A stretch of 64,000 nt of DNA from the human T2T-CHM13v2.0 reference genome, Homo sapiens, in NCBI RefSeq assembly GCF_009914755.1, contig NC_060939.1; one strand, given 5' to 3'. The first letter of the stretch is position 1. Each line of letters opens with the position of its first letter. Shown one piece after another: positions 28,101-42,149 of this stretch. Made by a program: the position numbers and the translations under genes. Under the pieces are notes generated by a model that was not told where the DNA came from, did no database searches, and saw only the letters and a program-made list of their open reading frames with translations.

Positions 28101-31100
28101 CATTCCATTCCGTTCCATTTCTTTCCGTTCTGTACGATTCCTACCGTTCGATTTCATTTTGTTCCAGTCCATTCCTTTCGCGTCCATTCCATTCCATTTC
28201 ACTCCATTCGATTCCATTCCACTCGATTCCACTTCGTTCCATTTCATTGCATTCCATTCTATTCAACTCTATTGCCTTCCATTCCATTCCATTCGATTAC
28301 ATTCCATGCGATTCCATTCGAAATCGAATCAATTACATTGCAATCCATTACTATTGAGTCCGTTTTATTCCAGTCCACTGCATTCTGGTCCATTCCATTT
28401 GATTCCATTCCATTCTATTCCATTCCATACAGTTGCATTCCATTGGATTCCATGCTATATCTATAAATTCAATTCGAGACCATTGCTTTTGAGTCCATTC
28501 TATATGATTCCATTCCATTCAAGTCCATTACATTTGGTTCAATTCCATTCCATTCCATTCCCTTCCATTCCATTCCATTTGATATCAATCCATTCGATTC
28601 CATTCCATTCGAGCACATTCCATTCGAGTCCATTCCATTCGATGCCATTCCATTTGATTCTATTCCATTAGTCTCCATTCAATTCCATTAATCTCCATTC
28701 CATTCCATTCTACTCCAACTGATTCCATTTCATTCTATTCCTTTCCATTCCATTTCATTCCGTTCCATTCCATTCGTGTCCATTCCACTCCAGTCCATTC
28801 CATTCGTGTCCATTCCATTCCAGTCCATTCCATTTGTGTCCACTGCATTCCATTCCACTCCATTCCATATTATTCCATTACACTCCATTCCATTCTATTA
28901 CTTTCATTTCCATTCAATTCCATTCCATTTGATTCCATTCCACTCGGTTTCATTCCATTTGAGTCCACTCCATTCCATTCCATTCCATTCCATTCAGTTC
29001 CATTCCATTCTGTTCCATTCCATTCCGTTCCATTACATTCCATTCCATTCGGTACCATTCCATATTGTTCCATTCGATTCCATTCGAATCCATTCCATTC
29101 CAGTCCATTCCATTCGATTCCATTCCATTCATTTCAATTCCATTCCATTCCATTCCATTCCATTCCACTTGATTCCTCTCCATTCCCTTCCACTGCATTC
29201 CGTTCGATTCCATTCCATTGCATTGCATTCCATTCCATTGGATTGCATTCCATTCGATTCCATTCCATTCGAATCAATTACATAGCAATCCATTACATTC
29301 GAGTCTATTCTCTTCCGTTCCATTCGATTTCGTTCCAATCCATTCGATTCCATTCCATTCGATTCCATTCCATACTATTGCATTCCATTCGATTACATTA
29401 TATTCGAATAAGTTCCATTCAAGACCATTTCTTTTGAGTCCATTCTATTTGAGTCCATTCCCTTTGATTCCATAACATTTGAGTCCATTCAATTCCATTC
29501 CTTTCGTTTCCATTCCATTTGATGCCATTCCATTCAATTCTGTTCTACTCGACTCCAATACATTCAATTCCATTCCATCCGATTCCATTACATTCTTTTC
29601 ATTTCTTATCCATTTCAAGCCATTCCACTCCATTCCATTCCACTCGTTTCCTTTCCATTCGAGTCCATTCCTCTCCAGTCCATTCCGTTCAATCCATTCC
29701 ATTCCAGTCCATTCCATTCGAGTCCGTTCCATTCCAGTCCATTCCATTCGAGTCAATTCCATCCCATTCGATGTCTTTCCATAACGATCCATTCCATTCT
29801 ATTCCTTTCAATTCCATTCCATTCTATTTCATTCCATTCGATTCCCTTCCATTGGACTCCTTTAAATTCGAGTGCATTCCATTCCGTTCCATTTCTTTCC
29901 GTTCTGTACGATTCCTACCGTTCGATTTCATTTTGTTCCAGTCCATTCCTTTCGCGTCCATTCCATTCCATTTCACCCCATTCGATTCCATTCCACTCGA
30001 TTCCACTTCGTTCCATTTCATTGCATTCCATTCTATTCAACTCTATTGCCTTCCATTCCATTCCATTCGATTACATTCCATGCGATTCCATTCGAAATCG
30101 AATCAATTACATTGCAATCCATTACTATTGAGTCCGTTTTATTCCAGTCCACTGCATTCTGGTCCATTCCATTTGATTCCATTCCATTCTATTCCATTCC
30201 ATACAGTTGCATTCCATTGGATTCCATGCTATATCTATAAATTCAATTCGAGACCATTGCTTTTGAGTCCATTCTATATGATTCCATTCCATTCAAGTCC
30301 ATTACATTTGGTTCAATTCCATTCCATTCCATTCCCTTCCATTCCATTCCAGTTGATATCAATCCATTCGATTCCATTCCATTCGAGCACATTCCATTCG
30401 AGTCCATTCCATTCGATGCCATTCCATTTGATTCTATTCCATTAGTCTCCATTCAATTCCATTAATCTCCATTCCATTCCATTCTACTCCAACTGATTCC
30501 ATTCCATTCTATTCCTTTCCATTCCATTTCATTCCATTCCATTCCATTTCATTCCATTCCATTCCATTCGTGTCCATTCCACTCCAGTCCATTCCATTCG
30601 TGTCCATTCCATTCCAGTCCATTCCATTTGTGTCCACTGCATTCCATTCCACTCCATTCCATATTATTCCATTACACTCCATTCCATTCTATTACTTTCA
30701 TTTCCATTCAATTCCATTCCATTTGATTCCATTCCACTCGGTTTCATTCCATTTGAGTCCACTCCATTCCATTCCATTCCATTCCATTCAGTTCCATTCC
30801 ATTCTGTTCCATTCCATTCCGTTCCATTACATTCCATTCCATTCGGTACCATTCCATATTGTTCCATTCGATTCCATTCGAATCCATTCCATTCCAGTCC
30901 ATTCCATTCGATTCCATTCCATTCATTTCAATTCCATTCCATTCCATTCCATTCCATTCCACTTGATTCCTCTCCATTCCCTTCCACTGCATTCCGTTCG
31001 ATTCCATTCCATTGCATTGCATTCCATTCCATTGGATTGCATTCCATTCGATTCCATTCCATTCGAATCAATTACATAGCAATCCATTACATTCGAGTCT

Positions 31101-31399
31101 ATTCTCTTCCGTTCCATTCGATTTCGTTCCAATCCATTCGATTCCATTCCATTCGATTCCATTCCATACTATTGCATTCCATTCGATTACATTATATTCG
31201 AATAAGTTCCATTCAAGACCATTTCTTTTGAGTCCATTCTATTTGAGTCCATTCCCTTTGATTCCATAACATTTGAGTCCATTCAATTCCATTCCTTTCG
31301 TTTCCATTCCATTTGATGCCATTCCATTCAATTCTGTTCTACTCGACTCCAATACATTCAATTCCATTCCATCCGATTCCATTACATTCTTTTCATTTC

Positions 31400-34300
31400 T
31401 TATCCATTTCAAGCCATTCCATTCCATTCCATTCCACTCGTTTCCTTTCCATTCGAGTCCATTCCTCTCCAGTCCATTCCGTTCAATCCATTCCATTCCA
31501 GTCCATTCCATTCGAGTCCGTTCCATTCCAGTCCATTCCATTCGAGTCAATTACATTCCATTCGATGTCTTTCCATAACGATCCATTCCATTCTATTCCT
31601 TTCGACTCCATTCCATTCTATTTCATTCCATTCGATTCCCTTCCATTGGACTCCTTTCCATTCGAGTGCATTCCATTCCGTTCCATTTCTTTCCGTTCTG
31701 TACGATTCCTACCGTTCGATTTCATTTTGTTCCAGTCCATTCCTTTCGCGTCCATTCCATTCCATTTCACTCCATTCGATTCCATTCCTCTCGATTCCAC
31801 TTCGTTCCATTTCATTGCATTCCACTCTATTCAACTCTATTGCCTTCCATTCCATTCCATTCGATTACATTCCATGCGATTCCATTCGAAATCGAATCAA
31901 TTACATTGCAATCCATTACAATTGCGTCCGTTTTATTCCAGTCCACTGCATTCTGGTCCATTCCATTTGATTCCATTCCATTCTATTCCATTCCATACAG
32001 TTGCATTCCTTTGGATTCCATGCTATATCTATAAATTCAATTCGAGACCATTGCTTTTGAGTCCATTCTATATGATTCCATTCCATTCAAGTCCATTGCA
32101 TTTGGTTCAATTCCATTCCATTCCATTCCCTTCCATTCCATTCCAGTTGATATCAATCCATTCGATTCCATTCCATTCGAGCACATTCCATTCGAGTCCA
32201 TTCCATTCGATGCCATTCCATTTGATTCTATTCCATTAGTCTCCATTCAATTCCATTAATCTCCATTCCATTCCATTCTACTCCAACTGATTCCATTCCA
32301 TTCTATTCCTTTCCATTCCATTTCATTCCATTCCATTCCATTTCATTCCATTCCATTCCATTCGCTTCCATTCCATTCGTGTCCATTCCACTCCAGTCCA
32401 TTCCATTCGTGTCCATTCCATTCCAGTCCATTCCATTTGTGTCCACTGCATTCCATTCCACTCCATTCCATATTATTCCATTACACTCCCTTCCATTCTA
32501 TTACTTTCATTTCCATTCAATTCCATTCCATTTGATTCCATTCCACTCGGTTTCATTCCATTTGAGTCCACTCCATTCCATTCCATTCCATTCCATTCAG
32601 TTCCATTCCATTCTGTTCCATTCCATTCCGTTCCATTGCATTCCATTCCATTCGGTACCATTCCATATTGTTCCATTTGATTCCATTCGAATCCATTCTA
32701 TTCCAGTCCATTCCATTCGATTCCATTCCATTCCTTTCAATTCCATTCCATTCCATTCCATTCCACTTGATTCCACTCCATTCCCTTCCACTGCATTCCA
32801 TTCGATTCCATTCCATTGCATTGCATTCCATTCCATTGGACTGCATACCATTCGATTCCATTCCATTCGAATCAATTACATAGCAATCCATTACATTCGA
32901 GTCTATTCTATTCCGTTCCATTCGATTTCGTTCCAATCCATTCGATTCCATTCCGTTCGATTCCATTCCATACTATTGCATTCCATTCGATTACATTATA
33001 TTCGAATAAGTTCCATTCATGACCATTTCTTTTGAGTCCATTCGATTTGAGTCCATTCCCTTTGATTCCATAACATTTGAGTCCATTCAATTCCATTCCT
33101 TTCGTTTCCATTCCATTTGATGCCATTCCATTCAATTCTGTTCTACTCGACTCCAATACATTCAATTCCATTCCATCCGATTCCATTACATTCTTTTCAT
33201 TTCTTATCCATTTCAAGTCATTCCACTCCATTCCATTCCACTCGTTTCCTTTCCATTCAAGTCCATTCCTCTCCAGTCCATTCCGTTCAATCCATTCCAT
33301 TCCAGTCCATTCCATTCCAGTCCGTTCCATTCCAGACCATTCCATTCGAGTCAATTCCATTCCATTCGATGTCTTTCCATAACGATCCATTCCATTCTAT
33401 TCCTTTCGATTCCATTCCATTCTATTTCATTCCATTCGATTCCCTTCCATTGGACTCCTTTCCATTCGAGTGCATTCCATTCCGTTCCATTTCTTTCCGT
33501 TCTGTACGATTCCTACCGTTCGATTTCATTTTGTTCCAGTCCATTCCTTTCGCGTCCATTCCATTCCATTTCACTACATTCGATTCCATTCCACTCGATT
33601 GCACTTCGTTCCATTTCATTGCATTCCATTCTATTCAACTCTATTGCCTTCCATTCCATTCCATTCGATTACACTCCATGCGATTCCATTCAAATCGAAT
33701 CAATTACATTGCAATCCATTACAATTGAATCCGTTTTATTCCAGTCCACTGCATTCTGGTCCATTCCATTTGATTCCATTCCATTCTATTCCATTCCATA
33801 CAGTTGCATTCCTTTGGATTCCATGCTATATATATAAATTCAATTCGAGACCATTGCTTTTGAGTCCATTCTATATGATTCCATTCCATTCAAGTCCATT
33901 ACATTTGGTTCAATTCCATTCCATTCCATTCCCTTCCATTCCATTCCAGTTGATATCAATCCATTCGATTCCATTCCATTCGAGCACATTCCATTCGAGT
34001 CCATTCCATTCGATGCCATTCCATTTGATTCTATTCCATTAGTCTCCATTCAATTCCATTAATCTCCATTCCATTCCATTCTACTCCAACTGATTCCATT
34101 CCATTCTATTCCTTTCCATTCCATTTCATTCCATTCCATTCCATTCGCTTCCATTCCATTCGTGTCCATTCCACTCCAGTCCATTCCATTCGTGTCCATT
34201 CTATTCCAGTCCATTCCATTTGTGTCCACTGCATTCCATTCCACTCCATTCCATATTATTCCATTACACTCCCTTCCATTCTATTACTTTCATTTCCATT

Positions 34301-34800
34301 CAATTCCATTCCATTTGATTCCATTCCACTCGGTTTCATTCCATTTGAGTCCACTCCATTCCATTCCATTCCATTCCATTCAGTTCCATTCCATTCTGTT
34401 CCATTCCATTCCGTTCCATTGCATTCCATTCCATTCGGTACCATTCCATATTGTTCCATTCGATTCCATTCGAATCCATTCCATTCCAGTCCATTCCATT
34501 CGATTCCATTCCATTCATTTCAATTCCATTCCATTCCATTCCATTCCATTCCACTTGATTCCTCTCCATTCCCTTCCACTGCATTCCGTTCGATTCCATT
34601 CCATTGCATTGCATTCCATTCCATTGCATTGCATTCCATTCGATTCCATTCCATTCGAATCAATTACATAGCAATCCATTACATTCGAGTCTATTCTCTT
34701 CCGTTCCATTCGATTTCGTTCCAATCCATTCGATTCCATTCCATTCGATTCCATTCCATACTATTGCATTCCATTCGATTACATTATACTCGAATAAGTT
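31400..34800 (+). repeat. Diverged subfamily block (U18 second half, U19, U20 first half), copy 1
   Basis: Dense private variants: TTACAATTG, GCATTCCTTTGG, TTCGCTTCCA, GGACTGCATACC, TTCATGACC, AAGTCATTCC, CCAGACCATT, TTCAAATCGAAT (1-bp loss), GCTATATATAAA, TATACTCGAA. Confidence 0.88.
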
Positions 34801-37129
34801 CCATTCAAGACCATTTCTTTTGAGTCCATTCTATTTGAGTCCATTCCCTTTGATTCCATAACATTTGAGTCCATTCAATTCCATTCCTTTCGTTTCCATT
34901 CCATTTGATGCCATTCCATTCAATTCTGTTCTACTCGACTCCAATACATTCAATTCCATTCCATCCGATTCCATTACATTCTTTTCATTTCTTATCCATT
35001 TCAAGCCATTCCACTCCATTCCATTCCACTCGTTTCCTTTCCATTCGAGTCCATTCCTCTCCAGTCCATTCCGTTCAATCCATTCCATTCCAGTCCATTC
35101 CATTCGAGTCCGTTCCATTCCAGTCCATTCCATTCGAGTCAATTCCATCCCATTCGATGTCTTTCCATAACGATCCATTCCATTCTATTCCTTTCGATTC
35201 CATTCCATTCTATTTCATTCCATTCGATTCCCTTCCATTGGACTCCTTTCCATTCGAGTGCATTCCATTCCGTTCCATTTCTTTCCGTTCTGTACGATTC
35301 CTACCGTTCGATTTCATTTTGTTCCAGTCCATTCCTTTCGCGTCCATTCCATTCCATTTCACTCCATTCGATTCCATTCCACTCGATTCCACTTCGTTCC
35401 ATTTCATTGCATTCCATTCTATTCAACTCTATTGCCTTCCATTCCATTCCATTCGATTACATTCCATGCGATTCCATTCGAAATCGAATCAATTACATTG
35501 CAATCCATTACTATTGAGTCCGTTTTATTCCAGTCCACTGCATTCTGGTCCATTCCATTTGATTCCATTCCATTCTATTCCATTCCATACAGTTGCATTC
35601 CATTGGATTCCATGCTATATCTATAAATTCAATTCGAGACCATTGCTTTTGAGTCCATTCTATATGATTCCATTCCATTAAAGTCCATTACATTTGGTTC
35701 AAATCCATTCCATTCTATTCCCTTCCATTCCATTCCATTTGATATCAATCCATTCGATTCCATTCCATTCGAGCACATTCCATTCGAGTCCATTCCATTC
35801 GATGCCATTCCATTTGATTCTATTCCATTAGTCTCCATTCAATTCCATTAATCTCCATTCCATTCCATTCTACTCCAACTGATTCCATTTAATTCTATTC
35901 CTTTCCATTCCATTTCATTCCATTCTATTCCATTCGTGTCCATTCCACTCCAGTCCATTCCATTCGTGTCCATTCCATTCCAGTCCATTCCATTTGTGTC
36001 CACTGAATTCCATTCCACTCCATTCCATATTATTCCATTACACTCCATTCCATTCTATTACTTTCATTTCCATTCAATTCCATTCCATTTGATTCCATTC
36101 CACTCGGTTTCATTCCATTTGAGTCGACTCCATTCCATTCCATTCCATTCCATTCAGTTCCATTCCATTCTGTTCCATTCCATTCCGTTCCATTACATTC
36201 CATTCCATTCGGTACCATTCCATATTGTTCCATTCGATTCCATTCGAATCCATTCCATTCCAGTCCATTCCATTCGATTCCATTCCATTCATTTCAATTC
36301 CATTCCATTCCATTCCATTCCATTCCAATTGATTCCTCTCCATTCCCTTCCACTGCATTCCGTTCGATTCCATTCCATTGCATTGCATTCCATTCCATTG
36401 GATTGCATTCCATTCGATTCCATTCCATTCGAATCAATTACATAGCAATCCATTACATTCGAGTCTATTCTCTTCCGTTCCATTCGATTTCGTTCCAATC
36501 CATTCGATTCCATTCCATTCGATTCCATTCCATACTATTGCATTCCATTCGATTACATTATATTCGAATAAGTTCCATTCAAGACCATTTCTTTTGAGTC
36601 CATTCGATTTGAGTCCATTCCCTTTGATTCCATAACATTTGAGTCCATTCAATTCCATTCCTTTCGTTTCCATTCCATTTGATGCCATTCCATTCAATTC
36701 TGTTCTACTCGACTCCAATACATTCAATTCCATTCCATCCGATTCCATTACATTCTTTTCATTTCTTATCCATTTCAAGCCATTCCACTCCATTCCATTC
36801 CACTCGTTTCCTTTCCATTCGAGTCCATTCCTCTCCAGTCCATTCCGTTCAATCCATTCCATTCCAGTCCATTCCATTCGAGTCCGTTCCATTCCAGTCC
36901 ATTCCATTCGAGTCAATTCCATTCCATTCGATGTCTTTCCATAACGATCCATTCCATTCTATTCCTTTCGATTCCATTCCATTCTATTTCATTCCATTCG
37001 ATTCCCTTCCATTGGACTCCTTTCCATTCGAGTGCATTCCATTCCGTTCCATTTCTTTCCGTTCTGTACGATTCCTACCGTTCGATTTCATTTTGTTCCA
37101 GTCCATTCCTTTCGCGTCCATTCCATTCC

Positions 37130-39470
37130 ATTTCACTACATTCGATTCCATTCCATTCGATTCCATTCTACTCGATTCCACTTCGTTCCATTTCATTGCA
37201 TTCCATTCTATTCAACTCTATTGCCTTCCATTCCATTCCATTCGATTACATTCCATGCGATTCCATTCGAAATCGAATCAATTACATTGAAATTCATTAC
37301 TATTTAGTCCGTTTTATTCCAGTCCACTGCATTCTGGTCCATTCCATTTGATTCCATTCCATTCTATTCCATTCCATACAGTTGCATTCCATTGGATTCC
37401 ATGCTATATCTATAAATTCAATTCGAGACCATTGCTTTTGAGTCCATTCTATATGATTCCATTCCATTCAAGTCCATTACATTTGGTTCAATTCCATTCC
37501 ATTCCATTCCCTTCCATTCCATTCCATTTGATATCAATCCATTCGATTCCATTCCATTCGAGCACATTCCACTCGAGTCCATTCCATTCGATGCCATTCC
37601 ATTTGATTCTATTCCATTAGTCTCCATTCAATTCCATTAATCTCCTTTCCATTCCATTCTACTCCAACTGATTCCATTCCATTCTATTCCTTTCCATTCC
37701 ATTTCATTCCATTCCATTCCATTTCATTCCATTCCATTCCATTCGTGTCCATTCCACTCCAGTCCATTCCATTCGTGTCCATTCCATTCCAGTCCATTCC
37801 ATTTGTGTCCACTGCATTCCATTCCACTCCATTCCATATTATTCCATTACACTCCATTCCATTCTATTACTTTCATTTCCATTCAATTCCATTCCATTTG
37901 ATTCCATTCCACTCGGTTTCATTCCATTTGAGTCCACTCCATTCCATTCCATTCCATTCCATTCAGTTCCATTCCATTCTGTTCCATTCCATTCCGTTCC
38001 ATTACATTCCATTCCATTCGGTACCATTCCATATTGTTCCATTCGATTCCATTCGAATCCATTCCATTCCAGTCCATTCCATTCGATTCCATTCCATTCA
38101 TTTCAATTCCATTCCATTCCATTCCATTACATTCCACTTGATTCCTCTCCATTCCCTTCCACTGCATTCCGTTCGATTCCATTCCATTGCATTGCATTCC
38201 ATTCCATTGGATTGCATTCCATTCGATTCCATTCCATTCGAATCAATTACATAGCAATCCATTACATTCGAGTCTATTCTCTTCCGTTCCATTCGATTTC
38301 GTTCCAATCCATTCGATTCCATTCCATTCGATTCCATTCCATACTATTGCATTCCATTCGATTACATTATATTCGAATAAGTTCCATTCAAGGCCATTTC
38401 GTTTGAGTCCATTCTATTTGAGTCCATTCCCTTTGATTCCATAACATTTGAGTCCATTCAATTCCATTCCTTTCGTTTCCATTCCATTTGATGCCATTCC
38501 ATTCAATTCTGTTCTACTCGACTCCAATACATTCAATTCCATTCCATCCGATTCCATTACATTCTTTTCATTTCTTATCCATTTCAAGCCATTCCACTCC
38601 ATTCCATTCCACTCGTTTCCTTTCCATTCGAGTCCATTCCTCTCCAGTCCATTCCGTTCAATCCATTCCATTCCAGTCCTTTCCATTCGAGTCCGTTCCA
38701 TTCCAGTCCATTCCATTCGAGTCAATTCCATTCCATTCGATGTCTTTCCATAACGATCCATTCCATTCTATTCCTTTCGATTCCATTCCATTCTATTTCA
38801 TTCCATTCGATTCCCTTCCATTGGACTCCTTTCCATTCGAGTGCATTCCATTCCGTTCCATTTCTTTCCGTTCTGTACGATTCCTACCGTTCGATTTCAT
38901 TTTGTTCCAGTCCATTCCTTTCGCGTCCATTCCATTCCATTTCACTACATTCGATTCCATTCCATTCGATTCCATTCTACTCGATTCCACTTCGTTCCAT
39001 TTCATTGCATTCCATTCTATTCAACTCTATTGCCTTCCATTCCATTCCATTCGATTACATTCCATGCGATTCCATTCGAAATCGAATCAATTACATTGAA
39101 ATTCATTACTATTTAGTCCGTTTTATTCCAGTCCACTGCATTCTGGTCCATTCCATTTGATTCCATTCCATTCTATTCCATTCCATACAGTTGCATTCCA
39201 TTGGATTCCATGCTATATCTATAAATTCAATTCGAGACCATTGCTTTTGAGTCCATTCTATATGATTCCATTCCATTCAAGTCCATTACATTTGGTTCAA
39301 TTCCATTCCATTCCATTCCCTTCCATTCCATTCCATTTGATATCAATCCATTCGATTCCATTCCATTCGAGCACATTCCATTCGAGTCCATTCCATTCGA
39401 TGCCATTCCATTTGATTCTATTCCATTAGTCTCCATTCAATTCCATTAATCTCCTTTCCATTCCATTCTA
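37130..39470 (+). repeat. Tandem 1,809-bp variant units with a 15-bp insertion (U21/U22)
   Basis: Both carry CACTACATTCGATTCCATTCCATTCGATTCCATTCTACTCG (+15 bp), TTGAAATTCATTAC, TATTTAGTCC and AATCTCCTTTCC at offset 1809. Confidence 0.85.
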
Positions 39471-42149
39471 CTCCAACTGATTCCATTCCATTCTATTCCT
39501 TTCCATTCCATTTCATTCCATTCCATTCCATTTCATTCCATTCCATTCCATTCGTGTCCATTCCACTCCAGTCCATTCCATTCGTGTCCATTCCATTCCA
39601 GTCCATTCCATTTGTGTCCACTGCATTCCATTCCACTCCATTCCATATTATTCCATTACACTCCATTCCATTCTATTACTTTCATTTCCATTCAATTCCA
39701 TTCCATTTGATTCCATTCCACTCGGTTTCATTCCATTTGAGTCCACTCCATTCCATTCCATTCCATTCCATTCAGTTCCATTCCATTCTGTTCCATTCCA
39801 TTCCGTTCCATTACATTCCATTCCATTCGGTACCATTCCATATTGTTCCATTCGATTCCATTCGAATCCATTCCATTCCAGTCCATTCCATTCGATTCCA
39901 TTCCATTCATTTCAATTCCATTCCATTCCATTCCATTCCATTCCACTTGATTCCTCTCCATTCCCTTCCACTGCATTCCGTTCGATTCCATTCCATTGCA
40001 TTGCATTCCATTCCATTGGATTGCATTCCATTCGATTCCATTCCATTCGAATCAATTACATAGCAATCCATTACATTCGAGTCTATTCTCTTCCGTTCCA
40101 TTCGATTTCGTTCCAATCCATTCGATTCCATTCCATTCGATTCCATTCCATACTATTGCATTCCATTCGATTACATTATATTCGAATAAGTTCCATTCAA
40201 GACCATTTCTTTTGAGTCCATTCTATTTGAGTCCATTCCCTTTGATTCCATAACATTTGAGTCCATTCAATTCCATTCCTTTCGTTTCCATTCCATTTGA
40301 TGCCATTCCATTCAATTCTGTTCTACTCGACTCCAATACATTCAATTCCATTCCATCCGATTCCATTACATTCTTTTCATTTCTTATCCATTTCAAGCCA
40401 TTCCACTCCATTCCATTCCACTCGTTTCCTTTCCATTCGAGTCCATTCCTCTCCAGTCCATTCCGTTCAATCCATTCCATTCCAGTCCATTCCATTCGAG
40501 TCCGTTCCATTCCAGTCCATTCCATTCGAGTCAATTCCATTCCATTCGATGTCTTTCCATAACGATCCATTCCATTCTATTCCTTTCGATTCCATTCCAT
40601 TCTATTTCATTCCATTCGATTCCCTTCCATTGGACTCCTTTCCATTCGAGTGCATTCCATTCCTTTCCATTTCTTTCCGTTCTGTACGATTCCTACCGTT
40701 CGATTTCATTTTGTTCCAGTCCATTCCTTTCGCGTCCATTCCATTCCATTTCACTCCATTCGATTCCATTCCACTCGATTCCACTTCGTTCCATTTCATT
40801 GCATTCCATTCTATTCAACTCTATTGCCTTCCATTCCATTCCATTCGATTACATTCCATGCGATTCCATTCGAAATCGAATCAATTACATTGCAATCCAT
40901 TACTATTGAGTCCGTTTTATTCCAGTCCACTGCATTCTGGTCCATTCCATTTGATTCCATTCCATTCTATTCCATTCCATACAGTTGCATTCCATTGGAT
41001 TCCATGCTATATCTATAAATTCAATTCGAGACCGTTGCTTTTGAGTCCATTCTATATGATTCCATTCCATTCAAGTCCATTACATTTGGTTCAATTCCAT
41101 TCCATTCCATTCCCTTCCATTCCATTCCATTTGATATCAATCCATTCGATTCCATTCCATTCGAGCACATTCCATTCCACTTCATTCCATTCGATGCCAT
41201 TCCATTTGATTCTATTCCATTAGTCTCCATTCAATTCCATTAATCTCCATTCCATTCCATTCTACTCCAACTGATTCCATTCCATTCTATTCCTTTCCAT
41301 TCCATTTCATTCCATTCCATTCCATTTCATTCCATTCCATTCCATTCGTGTCCATTCCACTCCAGTCCATTCCATTCGTGTCCATTCCATTCCAGTCCAT
41401 TCCATTTGTGTCCACTGCATTCCATTCCACTCCATTCCATATTATTCCATTACACTCCATTCCATTCTATTACTTTCATTTCCATTCAATTCCATTCCAT
41501 TTGATTCCATTCCACTCGGTTTCATTCCATTTGAGTCCACTCCATTCCATTCCATTCCATTCAGTTCCATTCCATTCTGTTCCATTCCATTCCGTTCCAT
41601 TACATTCCATTCCATTCGGTACCATTCCATATTGTTCCATTCGATTCCATTCGAATCCATTCCATTCCAGTCCATTCCATTCGATTCCATTCCATTCATT
41701 TCAATTCCATTCCATTCCATTCCATTCCATTCCACTTGATTCCTCTCCATTCCCTTCCACTGCATTCCGTTCGATTCCATTCCATTGCATTGCATTCCAT
41801 TCCATTGGATTGCATTCCATTCGATTCCATTCCATTCGAATCAATTACATAGCAATCCATTACATTCGAGTCTATTCTCTTCCGTTCCATTCGATTTCGT
41901 TCCAATCCATTCGATTCCATTCCATTCGATTCCATTCCATACTATTGCATTCCATTCGATTACATTATATTCGAATAAGTTCCATTCAAGACCATTTCTT
42001 TTGAGTCCATTCTATTTGAGTCCATTCCCTTTGATTTCATAACATTTGAGTCCATTCAATTCCATTCCTTTCGTTTCCATTCCATTTGATGCCATTCCAT
42101 TCAATTCTGTTCTACTCGACTCCAATACATTCAATTCCATTCCATCCGA

